Part shown: positions 36,957 through 46,083 of the stretch, one piece after another
How the letters are laid out: each line of letters begins with the position of its first letter
Position numbering within the stretch: the first letter of the stretch is position 1
Sequence record: OZ035742.1
DNA from: Felixounavirus AN17P8
DNA length: 64,000 nucleotides
Reading direction: 5' to 3' (one strand)
Notes under the pieces: generated by a model
What the model was told of the DNA's origin: nothing
The model's input: the letters and a program-made list of their open reading frames with translations, nothing else
Database searches by the model: none
Made by a program: the position numbers and the translations under genes

Positions 36957-38934
36957 AGGTCGTAAATTGAAAGAGGCTGGTCAGTTTATTGGTCATTGTG
37001 CATGTCCACGTTGTGGTTCATCAGATGCTGGTTCAATCTATCATCATGACGATGATTCTTATTCGATGACTTGCTTTAGTTGTAACAAAGGTTTCCCAGA
37101 GTGGGATTTTGATAAAGGACAAATCGTGAGCACTTATTCTACTGGTTCAGACAATAAAAACCGTACTTTCCGTGGAATGGATTTAGACGATGTAAAAGAA
37201 AACCTAGAAGCAATGGACTTGAAAGACAGGAAGATTCCTGCAAAAGTCCTTGAACGCTTAGGTATAAAGGTTGACATTGACAGTGATGGTGAAATTGATG
37301 CGCATTTCTATCCAACTTACAAACGTAATGAAGATGGCAAGCTAGAGCACGTTGGTTACCGTGTACGTCATCGTTACCCAGAAGACCATCCAAAAGAACA
37401 CCTACGAGGTAAGCTAAAAGACTTTTCAGGTGGTGTTGGAGACATTAAAGGTGAACTGGCAATGTTCGGTTCATGGATTGCTCCAGAAGGTGGTAACCGT
37501 CTATTCATCTGGGAAGGTGAGATGGAATGTGCAACAGCAATCTATATGACTTCTCTTGCGATTAAGGACAAGTCTCGTCGTAAGAATTACTGTCACGTAT
37601 CTGTTCCATCAGGTGCAAACATTAAGTCTATCAAAGACAACTATCAGTACATTACATCATTTGATGAAATTTACTTGTGCTTTGATAATGATGAAGCTGG
37701 TGCTAAAGCTACTAAAGAGGCTGCTGGTATCCTCCCTATCGAGAAGGTTCGTTTATTCCAGTATCCAGAAGGTGTAAAAGACCTTAACGAATGGTGGACA
37801 AAGTTCTATAAAGAGAAAGATACAGTTCTGGAAGGATTTAAGCAGCGTATCTACAATGCACCTCGTTACTGTCCTGCTGGTATCAAGAACTTCGCAGATG
37901 GTTTTGAGGCAATGAAGAATCGTGGTCAGATTCCATTGATTCCTTTCCCAGAATCTTTCGGAGATTTGAACAGACTGACTTATGGTGGTTATGGTCTAGG
38001 TGAGATTACAACTCTGGCAGCACCATCTTCAGTGGGTAAATCAGCATACACTCGTGAAATGATTTACACAGCTTGGAAAGATACCGATTACAATATTGGT
38101 GTAATTCCTGTAGAAGATACCTATGAAGAGTTGATGGAGATGCTCTGTGCAATCCACCTAAGCAAGCAGATTTCTGAGATTCCTTATGACGAACGTGATT
38201 GGGATGAATTGAAGGAAGCACACGCAGAACTATCTAAAGGTCGTCGTATCCACATCGTAGACCATCAAGGGGCAATTGACCAAGATAACTTGCTGGAGTT
38301 TGTTGACTATCTTGTTAATAGTTTAGACTGTAAGATTATTATTCTTGACCCTATTACGTTGGCTCTGTCACGTTCAGATACGGATGAAGAGGAAGTTTTG
38401 TCTGAGCTATTGCGTCGTTGCAAACGCTACCAGTATGCACAGGTAAACGTCTGTCACGTTCGTAAAAGTGCAGGTGGTCAGAAGGCTAACTCCGAAGGTG
38501 GAGATATCTCTGAAGAGGATATTAAAGGTTCTGGTGCGTATTTCCAGATTTCTATGAACAACATCCTGTTAATGCGTAACAAAGTTGACCCAGACCCTGT
38601 TAAGAAAAACTTGACAAAAATCAAGCTAACTAAATGTCGTCGTCACGGTAAGTCAACGGGTATTGCTGGTCATACTTGGTACAATCCAGATACAGGACGC
38701 CTCATCAAAGCATCTGGTTGCGGAGTTGACATTGATGGTGCAGCAGAAAATATTCGCCAACAGTTTGGTATTGGTGAAGCTGAAGACCATTACGATGACT
38801 CTTTGCCACATTATGAGGATGAAGTGTTTGACCGTGAGACTGGTGAAGTCTATACTGAAGAGCAGCGCCAAAGCTCAACGATTCCACCTGTATTAAGTGA
38901 GGATGCAGATGACTGCCCATTCGAAACTGAGTGA
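36943..38934 (+). CDS. bifunctional DNA primase-helicase (T7 gp4-like)
   Basis: 663 aa; N-terminal Cys4 zinc ribbon CPRCGSSD...CFSCNKGF, TOPRIM EGEMECA, DnaB-type Walker A AAPSSVGKSAYT and Walker B IIILDP. Confidence 0.85.
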   Translation: MLMSKGRKLKEAGQFIGHCACPRCGSSDAGSIYHHDDDSYSMTCFSCNKGFPEWDFDKGQIVSTYSTGSDNKNRTFRGMDLDDVKENLEAMDLKDRKIPAKVLERLGIKVDIDSDGEIDAHFYPTYKRNEDGKLEHVGYRVRHRYPEDHPKEHLRGKLKDFSGGVGDIKGELAMFGSWIAPEGGNRLFIWEGEMECATAIYMTSLAIKDKSRRKNYCHVSVPSGANIKSIKDNYQYITSFDEIYLCFDNDEAGAKATKEAAGILPIEKVRLFQYPEGVKDLNEWWTKFYKEKDTVLEGFKQRIYNAPRYCPAGIKNFADGFEAMKNRGQIPLIPFPESFGDLNRLTYGGYGLGEITTLAAPSSVGKSAYTREMIYTAWKDTDYNIGVIPVEDTYEELMEMLCAIHLSKQISEIPYDERDWDELKEAHAELSKGRRIHIVDHQGAIDQDNLLEFVDYLVNSLDCKIIILDPITLALSRSDTDEEEVLSELLRRCKRYQYAQVNVCHVRKSAGGQKANSEGGDISEEDIKGSGAYFQISMNNILLMRNKVDPDPVKKNLTKIKLTKCRRHGKSTGIAGHTWYNPDTGRLIKASGCGVDIDGAAENIRQQFGIGEAEDHYDDSLPHYEDEVFDRETGEVYTEEQRQSSTIPPVLSEDADDCPFETE

Positions 38935-39190
38935 TAGTTATAAAAGAGAGGGGTTCACACCCTTCTTTGAAGAAAAAAGTTTAAATAAATTTCAGGAAGA
39001 GTGTTTGACAAAGATTGATAGGTTCTATAGAATGCTCCTTATGAAATGCGATGGGGAAGTTGAGATAAAAGAAGATTTCCACCAAAGCATGATTACAGTC
39101 ATCATTGCGCTGCCTCAGCATAATATTAGCTGGCTGTTTATAATTAAAGAAAATGTGTTTGAATATCAAGTATATCGGAGAATATCATGA
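38897..39190 (+). CDS. hypothetical protein
   Basis: 97 aa ORF overlapping primase-helicase stop. Confidence 0.3.
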   Translation: MRMQMTAHSKLSDSYKREGFTPFFEEKSLNKFQEECLTKIDRFYRMLLMKCDGEVEIKEDFHQSMITVIIALPQHNISWLFIIKENVFEYQVYRRIS

Positions 39191-39343
39191 AACACTCTAA
39201 AGCATTTGAAAAAGTTTTTGGGGATTCCTTAAAAGCCACTGCTGGAAAACCAGCAAAATACTATGAAGAGAAACGTGTAAGAACTGGAAAAACTGCACGT
39301 AAAGCAGCTTCTAAAGATAAGCACAACTTCCAGTAATTAGTAT

Positions 39344-39372
39344 TTGACAATAGAGTATCAACAAATTAGAAT
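39344..39372 (+). promoter_or_regulatory. sigma70-like promoter (TTGACA-17-TAGAAT)
   Basis: -35 TTGACA at 39344-39349, 17-nt spacer, -10 TAGAAT at 39367-39372, about 37 nt upstream of SSB-like gene. Confidence 0.55.
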
Positions 39373-39408
39373 TGGTACTCTTCATAAATTGAGATAGAGG
39401 TTTAAATA

Positions 39409-40266
39409 ATGTCTAAAGTTGTTAAAATGAAAGCTCCGGTAGAGAAGTACAACGGTACTGAACGTCAAACTCTGCGTTACCTGCTGAAAGACGTCTGGTT
39501 TTATTACCTGAACACTTCACCACGTCCGGGGAAAGGTAAGTCTATTGATAAAAAATTCCCAGGAAAAGATTGTAACTACAGCGTATCAATTCTGGCAGAG
39601 GATGGTAACAAACTGTTTAAAGAGTTTACTAAGTCTAAGAAAAATCCAGAAGGCTGGGATAAAGTTACTACTGAAGCAGTTGATGCAGATGACTTCGAAG
39701 AGAAGTTTGGTTGTAAACCACCTTTTGAAGCAGATACTTACTACATCTTGAAAGTAAGTCGTGCAGCAGCTTATAAAGATGGTGCTGTATGGACAGCTAA
39801 ACAGTCATTCCCTGTAATGCTGATTGAAGAAGTAAATGGTAAGCGTGTAGCTGTTAAGCAGCCGATGAAGAAAATCAAAGCTCAAGCATCTGATAAACAT
39901 GAAGATGACAAGAACTATGACGTAATTCATCCAGATATCGCAGTTGGTAACGGTTCTTTTGGTAGTGTGATTCTTTCTACTCACTTCTACACTTTTGAGA
40001 ACAATGTTCTGACAAAACCTATTCAGGAACAGTTTATCATTGATACTCTTGTACCTTACACTGGTGGCAACGGTGCTAACGGTGAGCCTGAACTGGATGA
40101 AGATGAACTGGCTATGCTTGGTCTTGATGGTGTTGAAGATAACGGTGAAATCACTGAAGAAGACGCAACAGACCATAAATCTTCGAATGCTTCTGATGAT
40201 GGTGATGATGAAGATTTGCCAGACCCAGATGACGAAGAAGATGAAGACTTCGATACAGAAGACTAA
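39409..40266 (+). CDS. single-stranded DNA-binding protein (gp2.5-like, putative)
   Basis: 285 aa; very acidic C-terminal tail ...DDEDLPDPDDEEDEDFDTED typical of phage SSBs; sits in T7-like replication module. Confidence 0.5.
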   Translation: MSKVVKMKAPVEKYNGTERQTLRYLLKDVWFYYLNTSPRPGKGKSIDKKFPGKDCNYSVSILAEDGNKLFKEFTKSKKNPEGWDKVTTEAVDADDFEEKFGCKPPFEADTYYILKVSRAAAYKDGAVWTAKQSFPVMLIEEVNGKRVAVKQPMKKIKAQASDKHEDDKNYDVIHPDIAVGNGSFGSVILSTHFYTFENNVLTKPIQEQFIIDTLVPYTGGNGANGEPELDEDELAMLGLDGVEDNGEITEEDATDHKSSNASDDGDDEDLPDPDDEEDEDFDTED

Positions 40267-40283
40267 TCTCTAAAAGTTACTTT

Positions 40284-40313
40284 AAAGCCCTGTACTTAGT
40301 ATGGGGCTTTTTC
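40284..40313 (+). terminator. rho-independent terminator
   Basis: hairpin aaagccc...gggcttt followed by T-run. Confidence 0.55.
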
Positions 40314-40328
40314 ATATGGAGAGCCATA

Positions 40329-41369
40329 ATGGAGAAGTACACATTAACAAAACTTCCCGATTCAGTTACACATGTTTTTATTGACTCTGACAGCATTGCC
40401 TATAAAGGTGCTTGTGTAGTTGAGAAAGCAAAATATAAATATGTCAATAAACTCACAGCAGAAGAATCTGATTCGTTTGATAATGCAAAAGATGCTGCAA
40501 GATGGTTAGCAGACCAGAGAATCCTTGTGGAAGAGCTTGGTCTGACATTTGATGAAGATGAATGGGAAAGACAGACTTGGAAAGAAGCTAAGAGTGAAAA
40601 AGAAGCTATCATGGCTACTCAACAGGTGCTTCAGGAATGGCTTAAGGTTGTTGGTAAAGAAAGAACTTGGGTAGGTTATTTAACAGAGAAAGGTGTGCAT
40701 AAACATAAAGACGTTAAAGGTCTTGAGCACCAATATCAAGGCAACCGTAAAGATGCTGTCACACCAACACACCTAGTTGCTTGTCGTGAGTATCTTCTGT
40801 CAAGACCAGAGTTCAAACTCTTAAAGGGTGGCTTCGAAGCTGATTCAATCGTAATTGCTAAAGCTGAAAAGATGGGTAAGAAAGCCGCTCTTATGAGTAT
40901 TGACAAAGACCTTCGACAAGCTGAAGGGACTTATTGTATTGATATGACTTATGAAAAATCACCACTAATTTTTATTGCTGACAATAATGTTGGTGATATC
41001 TGGGATTGTCCTATCAAATCAAAACCAAAAGCTGCAAAAACAGTTGGTGTAGGTTTTAAATTCTTGTGTTATCAGGCTGTTGCTGGAGATAATGCAGACA
41101 ACTACTTCGGCCTTAAGGGTGCTGGTAAAGTAGCTGTGATGAATGCTTTAGATGGTAAAGAGACCTATAAAGAGTGTCTTGACGCTATCTATGAACTCTA
41201 TGCTAAAAAAGACTCTTATACCTATGTGTCATGGGATGGACAGACTGTTACAAAGACACCGTTAGAGTTAATGGAACAGCATTTCTGGATAGCATATCAA
41301 GAGAGAAATCCAAAAGATAATTTCTCTTTCAAGAAATATAATTGGGAGCCGTGTATGAATGAAGATTAA
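40329..41369 (+). CDS. 5'-3' exonuclease / flap endonuclease (RNase H-like, putative)
   Basis: 346 aa; N-terminal VFIDSDSIAYKGA resembles the FEN/5'-3' exonuclease acidic motif; position in replication module. Confidence 0.45.
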   Translation: MEKYTLTKLPDSVTHVFIDSDSIAYKGACVVEKAKYKYVNKLTAEESDSFDNAKDAARWLADQRILVEELGLTFDEDEWERQTWKEAKSEKEAIMATQQVLQEWLKVVGKERTWVGYLTEKGVHKHKDVKGLEHQYQGNRKDAVTPTHLVACREYLLSRPEFKLLKGGFEADSIVIAKAEKMGKKAALMSIDKDLRQAEGTYCIDMTYEKSPLIFIADNNVGDIWDCPIKSKPKAAKTVGVGFKFLCYQAVAGDNADNYFGLKGAGKVAVMNALDGKETYKECLDAIYELYAKKDSYTYVSWDGQTVTKTPLELMEQHFWIAYQERNPKDNFSFKKYNWEPCMNED

Positions 41370-41856
41370 AGGATTTGGCAATTGTCCCACCTATGGTCAT
41401 TGGGTATCTTTATGTGGGGAAGTTGACCCCACTAAACATTTTGGCTTTGTCTATTTAGTACACTGTAAGAAGACTGGACAATATTATATCGGAAAGAAAC
41501 AGCTTAACAGTGTGACCAAAAGAAAAGTTGCTGGGAAGACTCGGAAGAAGGTAGTCACTAAGGAAAGTGATTGGATGACTTACGAGACTTCTTCTGAGTA
41601 TATTAAAAAAGATATTGAGAGCTTTGGAAAAGAATTTTTTGACTTTTACATTATCCAAACCTACTACACAAAAGGTGGCCTAGTTTATGGTGAAGCAAAC
41701 CTTCAACATAAGTTCGATGTAATGACAAAAAGGATTGACTCGAAGCTCAGACTCTTCTACAATGCCAATATTGCAGCAATTAAGTTTATTACTAAAGAAA
41801 CTTATGAAGATGCTGAAAAAAGAATCCATAAGGTAATGAAAGTAAATTGTGCTTGA
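41359..41856 (+). CDS. putative GIY-YIG domain nuclease
   Basis: 165 aa; FVYLVHCKKTGQYYIGKK has GIY-(10)-YIG-like spacing followed by Arg/Glu residues; weak. Confidence 0.3.
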   Translation: MKIKGFGNCPTYGHWVSLCGEVDPTKHFGFVYLVHCKKTGQYYIGKKQLNSVTKRKVAGKTRKKVVTKESDWMTYETSSEYIKKDIESFGKEFFDFYIIQTYYTKGGLVYGEANLQHKFDVMTKRIDSKLRLFYNANIAAIKFITKETYEDAEKRIHKVMKVNCA

Positions 41857-41862
41857 TAACTA

Positions 41863-42126
41863 TTGAGAGAGAATAAAATGTTTAACAAAAGTAAAGCTGT
41901 AAGTCATGTAGCAAAAGTTGACAGCAAGATTGAAGAACTTGAGCGCATTCTTGCAAATGCTAAAGAGTCAATCATTAAAGAAGTTGAAGCTGTTGAATCT
42001 CAAATGCAGCACCTGATGCTTAAACGTCAAGAGCTACGTGAGCACCTAGAATATATTGAAACACGAGAGCTAAAGGTTAACAAATATTTTAAGGAGTCCG
42101 AATGTTTAACTCAAGAGAATCAGTAA
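41863..42126 (+). CDS. small coiled-coil protein (hypothetical)
   Basis: 87 aa ORF. Confidence 0.3.
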   Translation: MRENKMFNKSKAVSHVAKVDSKIEELERILANAKESIIKEVEAVESQMQHLMLKRQELREHLEYIETRELKVNKYFKESECLTQENQ

Positions 42127-42857
42127 AAAACTGGAACCTTCGTTGTGGGAACACTCAAAAGCAACCTTACAGCAATGAGTATTGGGAATCTTTAAAATCT
42201 CAATCTCTGTGTATGCTTGAAGAAGCAAAAGAGCTTGTAAAAGCAATTGAAGAGAAAGACCCCATTGAGACACTGGATGCTCAGGCAGATTTGCAATATG
42301 TTCTTGACGGATTGATTTATCTGTCACAACATGACCATAACGGCGCTATGAAAGCTGTTTGCCATAATAATGACCTGAAGTACACAGATGACTATGAAGA
42401 AGCTTTAAAACGTCTTGCAGACATTGAAAAGCGTACTGGTCAAGAGTGTATTATCAGAATGTCAGTAGTTGATGGTAAAGAGTGGTATGCGATTGTTCGT
42501 GCAGCAGATGGGAAGATTATGAAGCAATCAAATATCCCTAAAGTACAGCTTGGTGAATACATTGTAGAACTTGAAAGCCAAGAACTTTTTGTGGTAGTAT
42601 CTGAGACATGCGTTATCTGCAAAGGTATTGTAGGTAGCTTAAAGGATTTGGGTGTAGATGGTTTTGTAGAAGTTAATCCAATTACCTCTAAAGCAGATAA
42701 AGACTTCTGTAAAGAGAATGGACTATGGATTGCAGATATTGTCTACTATGATGGTGAGCAGTTCCATGTAACCTCATACCCGAAACTGAATTATGATGCT
42801 AATAACCTGAAGTGCTGGTTAAAAGGGGTTGGTTATAATGGATTCACAGAACATTAA
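42102..42857 (+). CDS. hypothetical protein with possible MazG-like NTP pyrophosphohydrolase N-terminal domain
   Basis: 251 aa; helical, Glu/Asp-rich EEAKELVKAIEE...ETLDAQADLQYVLDGL resembles the MazG-type EExxE/D pattern; C-terminal 130 aa unassigned. Confidence 0.3.
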   Translation: MFNSRESVKNWNLRCGNTQKQPYSNEYWESLKSQSLCMLEEAKELVKAIEEKDPIETLDAQADLQYVLDGLIYLSQHDHNGAMKAVCHNNDLKYTDDYEEALKRLADIEKRTGQECIIRMSVVDGKEWYAIVRAADGKIMKQSNIPKVQLGEYIVELESQELFVVVSETCVICKGIVGSLKDLGVDGFVEVNPITSKADKDFCKENGLWIADIVYYDGEQFHVTSYPKLNYDANNLKCWLKGVGYNGFTEH

Positions 42858-43161
42858 TAAAGAGGGTGTGGCTCAGAAGAGCCACTTCTCAAACTACAAT
42901 ATTTCTATGACGGTGTTTATGAATGACCCGTTACTAGAAAAATATGGTGAGACTCCAGATACACTTCTGGACAATGAACAAGTTTTAAAAGCAGTCCTGT
43001 ACAAATACGGGATTGATATTGAGAAAGAATATTCCTTTGAAATCTGCCAACACAGGAACACTTTCGGTAAAGTTGTGATGGCTCCACTCTTTATGGGTGT
43101 AGAAAGAACTGACTATGGTTGGTTGTATCTAAAAAGAAACTTGGAGAAATACCGTGTCTAA
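42829..43161 (+). CDS. hypothetical protein
   Basis: 110 aa ORF. Confidence 0.3.
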   Translation: MVIMDSQNINKEGVAQKSHFSNYNISMTVFMNDPLLEKYGETPDTLLDNEQVLKAVLYKYGIDIEKEYSFEICQHRNTFGKVVMAPLFMGVERTDYGWLYLKRNLEKYRV

Positions 43162-43489
43162 AGCAAAAAAGCTATCTTATGATGACATCATCTCAGGTGC
43201 TAAGTTAGGTGTTGACAGTATCGGACAAGATATCAAGCACGGAGACACAGTTATGTACTGTGATGACCGAAGAGGTAGAAGTGCAATCTTGTTTGGAAGA
43301 ATTGTTTGCAAGATGAGAGGTAATTACGTTGTTGCAGACATGGATGTGAACGTTACACAAAAACTTGAAACAATTATAGATACTAGCGCACAATCATGGT
43401 TCCTAAATTGTATGCACACCTCGTCAGTCACAAAAGTAAGTGATAAGTTTTACGATATGTGGCAGAATGAGCAAATTTTCAAGATTTAA
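43154..43489 (+). CDS. hypothetical protein
   Basis: 111 aa ORF. Confidence 0.3.
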   Translation: MSKAKKLSYDDIISGAKLGVDSIGQDIKHGDTVMYCDDRRGRSAILFGRIVCKMRGNYVVADMDVNVTQKLETIIDTSAQSWFLNCMHTSSVTKVSDKFYDMWQNEQIFKI

Positions 43490-43494
43490 ACTAT

Positions 43495-43518
43495 GGAGCC
43501 TCTTTGGAGGCTCTTTTC
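43495..43518 (+). terminator. rho-independent terminator
   Basis: hairpin gagcctc-tttg-gaggctc followed by TTTT. Confidence 0.55.
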
Positions 43519-43535
43519 ATCTGTAGGATTCAAAA

Positions 43536-45770
43536 ATGATTAAGACAATTAAAAAATCAAACGGTACAGTAGTAAGCTTTGACCCAGAAAGACTGAACAA
43601 GTGGGCATCATGGGCAGATAAGCGTGGAATTATCTGGTCAGAAGTCACTATGGAAGCCATGAAACGTGTCTATGAAGGATGCACTACAAAAGAGATGCAC
43701 CAAGCCATGATTGATGTTTGTGTTGATAAACAAACTCAAGAGTACTCAGACATGGCTGGACGGCTACTTTTGGGTATTATCTACAAAGAAGCCTTTGGAG
43801 GCTTTACTAAGGTTCCTACGCTGGTTACATTCGTTAAAAATATGGAGAGAGCAGGACTTTGGGAGAAGATGGATTATTCACAGGAAGAGCTTGAATACCT
43901 GCAAGGTTACATCGTACACTCAAAAGATATCTCTTACGGCTATGCAGTATTGAAACAGTTCAGAGACAAGTATGGTATCCGTGATATTAAAACTGGAAGA
44001 CTTTTTGAGTCACCACAATTTATGTTTATGGGTATGGCTATGAAAGCCTTTGAGAAGCAACCAAAGCACCGTAGACTGCAAGATGTTATCAAGCTGTACA
44101 CTTACCTATCTGACCTGAAGATTAACGCTCCTACGCCTTATTTAAACGGTTTAAGAGCAACTAAATCAGGCTATGCGTCATGCTGTTTGATTAAGGCAAA
44201 TGATACTGCTGAATCACTTGGTATTGCTGCAAAGGTTGCTTATGATATGACTACAAAGCAAGCTGGTATTGGGATGCTGATGGAGACTCGCACTATTGGT
44301 GATGGTATCCGTCAAAATACTATTGAGCACATGGGTAAGCTACCTTATTACAAGCTTGTACGTTCATCTGTAGAGGCAAATAAACAGAAGAGTCGTGGTG
44401 GTTCAGCTAATAACTTCTACACTGCTCTAGACCCGCAGATTGAAGATTTACTGCGTTTGAAGCACCCTACAACGGTTCCTTCTAAACGTATTAATGAGAT
44501 GGACTACTCATTCGGCACAAACGATTATTTCTGGCAGTGTGTTCAGTATGATACAGATTGGTTGCTATTCTCTTACAAAGATGCACCAAAACTCTATGAC
44601 ATGTTCTACACAGCATCTGCTGATGAGTTTGCTATGGCAGTTGGTCATGCAGTACATTCAGGTGTTAAGCACAGACGGGTAAAAGCTCGTGAAATTGCTA
44701 AGCTGTTTATTCAACAGCGTTATGCTACAGGCCGTGTGTATCCATTCTTCACTAACAATGCAAACACACATACACCATTTAAAGAACCATTGAAGATGTC
44801 AAATCTTTGTATGGAAATTGTGTTGCCAGTGTATGGTTTTGAGAAAGAGACAGACCTTTACAGAGACGATGCTGTGAAAGAGGATGGTGAGGTAGCTCTT
44901 TGCTTCCTAGCTAGTTTGGTTGCAGGGAGAATTTCAGAAGATGAATACGCTGACGTTGCTTATTATGCTCTTGCAATGGTTGACTCCGTTATTGACCTTA
45001 TGGATTATCCGTATCCGTCGATGCGTAACCATGTTCAGAAGCGTCGTTCTGTTGGGATTGGCCTTACAAATGTGGCTCATTACCTTGCGAAGAACTACGT
45101 GAACTACTCTTCACGAGCAGGTAAAACGAAACTTCATGAACTTGCAGAGATGCACTCTTACTATCTGCATGAAGCCTCTCTGAGACTTGCTAAAGAGCGT
45201 GGTGTTCCAGAGTACATGAAGTTTACTAAGTATCCTGAAGGCTGGGTTCCTCCAAAGACAGCCAACAAGAAGATTGATGAAAAGCATGATGCAAAACTAC
45301 GATATGATTGGGATGACTTAGCACAACGTATCAAAGAAAATGGTGGAATCCGAAACTCTGTATTAGAAGCTTACATGCCTAATGAGAGTTCTTCACTGGC
45401 AACTAATACGACAAATGGCCTGTACCCAATTCGTGACTTTATTTTAACTAAAAAGTCTGCAACTGGTAACGTGTTGTTTATTGTTCCAGATTATGAAGAG
45501 TTGAAGTATGTATATGAAATTGCTTGGGGTATTGACACCTTTGACCTGATTGATTGTTATGCAATTGTTCAAAAGTTCACTGGTCAAGCTATCTCTTCAG
45601 ATTTCTATGTTGACTACGCAAAAGCTAAGAAGGTATCATTGGCTCAAGCTTTGAAGTACATGATTTATGCCAACTCGGTAGGTATGAAAACCATGTACTA
45701 CCTTAACAGTCGCATTGGTGTAGGTAAATCTGCACTGCAAGATGCTTATTGCGAGGGCTGCGGTGTTTAG
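43536..45770 (+). CDS. nrdA: ribonucleotide reductase class Ia alpha subunit
   Basis: 744 aa; N-terminal ATP-cone-like region, catalytic core, C-terminal CEGCGV cysteine pair; followed by beta subunit gene. Confidence 0.85.
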   Translation: MIKTIKKSNGTVVSFDPERLNKWASWADKRGIIWSEVTMEAMKRVYEGCTTKEMHQAMIDVCVDKQTQEYSDMAGRLLLGIIYKEAFGGFTKVPTLVTFVKNMERAGLWEKMDYSQEELEYLQGYIVHSKDISYGYAVLKQFRDKYGIRDIKTGRLFESPQFMFMGMAMKAFEKQPKHRRLQDVIKLYTYLSDLKINAPTPYLNGLRATKSGYASCCLIKANDTAESLGIAAKVAYDMTTKQAGIGMLMETRTIGDGIRQNTIEHMGKLPYYKLVRSSVEANKQKSRGGSANNFYTALDPQIEDLLRLKHPTTVPSKRINEMDYSFGTNDYFWQCVQYDTDWLLFSYKDAPKLYDMFYTASADEFAMAVGHAVHSGVKHRRVKAREIAKLFIQQRYATGRVYPFFTNNANTHTPFKEPLKMSNLCMEIVLPVYGFEKETDLYRDDAVKEDGEVALCFLASLVAGRISEDEYADVAYYALAMVDSVIDLMDYPYPSMRNHVQKRRSVGIGLTNVAHYLAKNYVNYSSRAGKTKLHELAEMHSYYLHEASLRLAKERGVPEYMKFTKYPEGWVPPKTANKKIDEKHDAKLRYDWDDLAQRIKENGGIRNSVLEAYMPNESSSLATNTTNGLYPIRDFILTKKSATGNVLFIVPDYEELKYVYEIAWGIDTFDLIDCYAIVQKFTGQAISSDFYVDYAKAKKVSLAQALKYMIYANSVGMKTMYYLNSRIGVGKSALQDAYCEGCGV

Positions 45771-45825
45771 TTTTAACAACTATGAGGGTCGTAAAAGACC
45801 CTCTAAAAATAACTTTGGAGAGAGT

Positions 45826-46083
45826 ATGAAGGACTTAATAGCAAATCATGAGTGGCCAATTTATCTGCTCTACAAACCTCGGAAAACGTTGTACTATGTA
45901 AGTAGCACAGATATGATGATAAAACAAAATGATGACTCATGGGTCGATGGTGTGTCATACATCTCTACAGCAGATGGTAAAATCTATGCAAGACCATATG
46001 AAATGTTCAATGAAGAAAATTGGGAAGTTCTAGACCGAAAACAAGCCTTAGAAATGATAAAGAAAGGAGAAATCACACTATGA
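45826..46083 (+). CDS. hypothetical protein
   Basis: 85 aa from ATG at 45826 with ggagagag RBS, just after a stem-loop; start refined from track ORF 45742. Confidence 0.3.
   Translation: MKDLIANHEWPIYLLYKPRKTLYYVSSTDMMIKQNDDSWVDGVSYISTADGKIYARPYEMFNEENWEVLDRKQALEMIKKGEITL

Noticed and set aside
39187-39336. 49-aa basic ORF between the 38897 ORF and the SSB promoter
   Set aside because: Short, overlaps the end of the upstream ORF and lacks a convincing RBS; cannot be supported from sequence alone.
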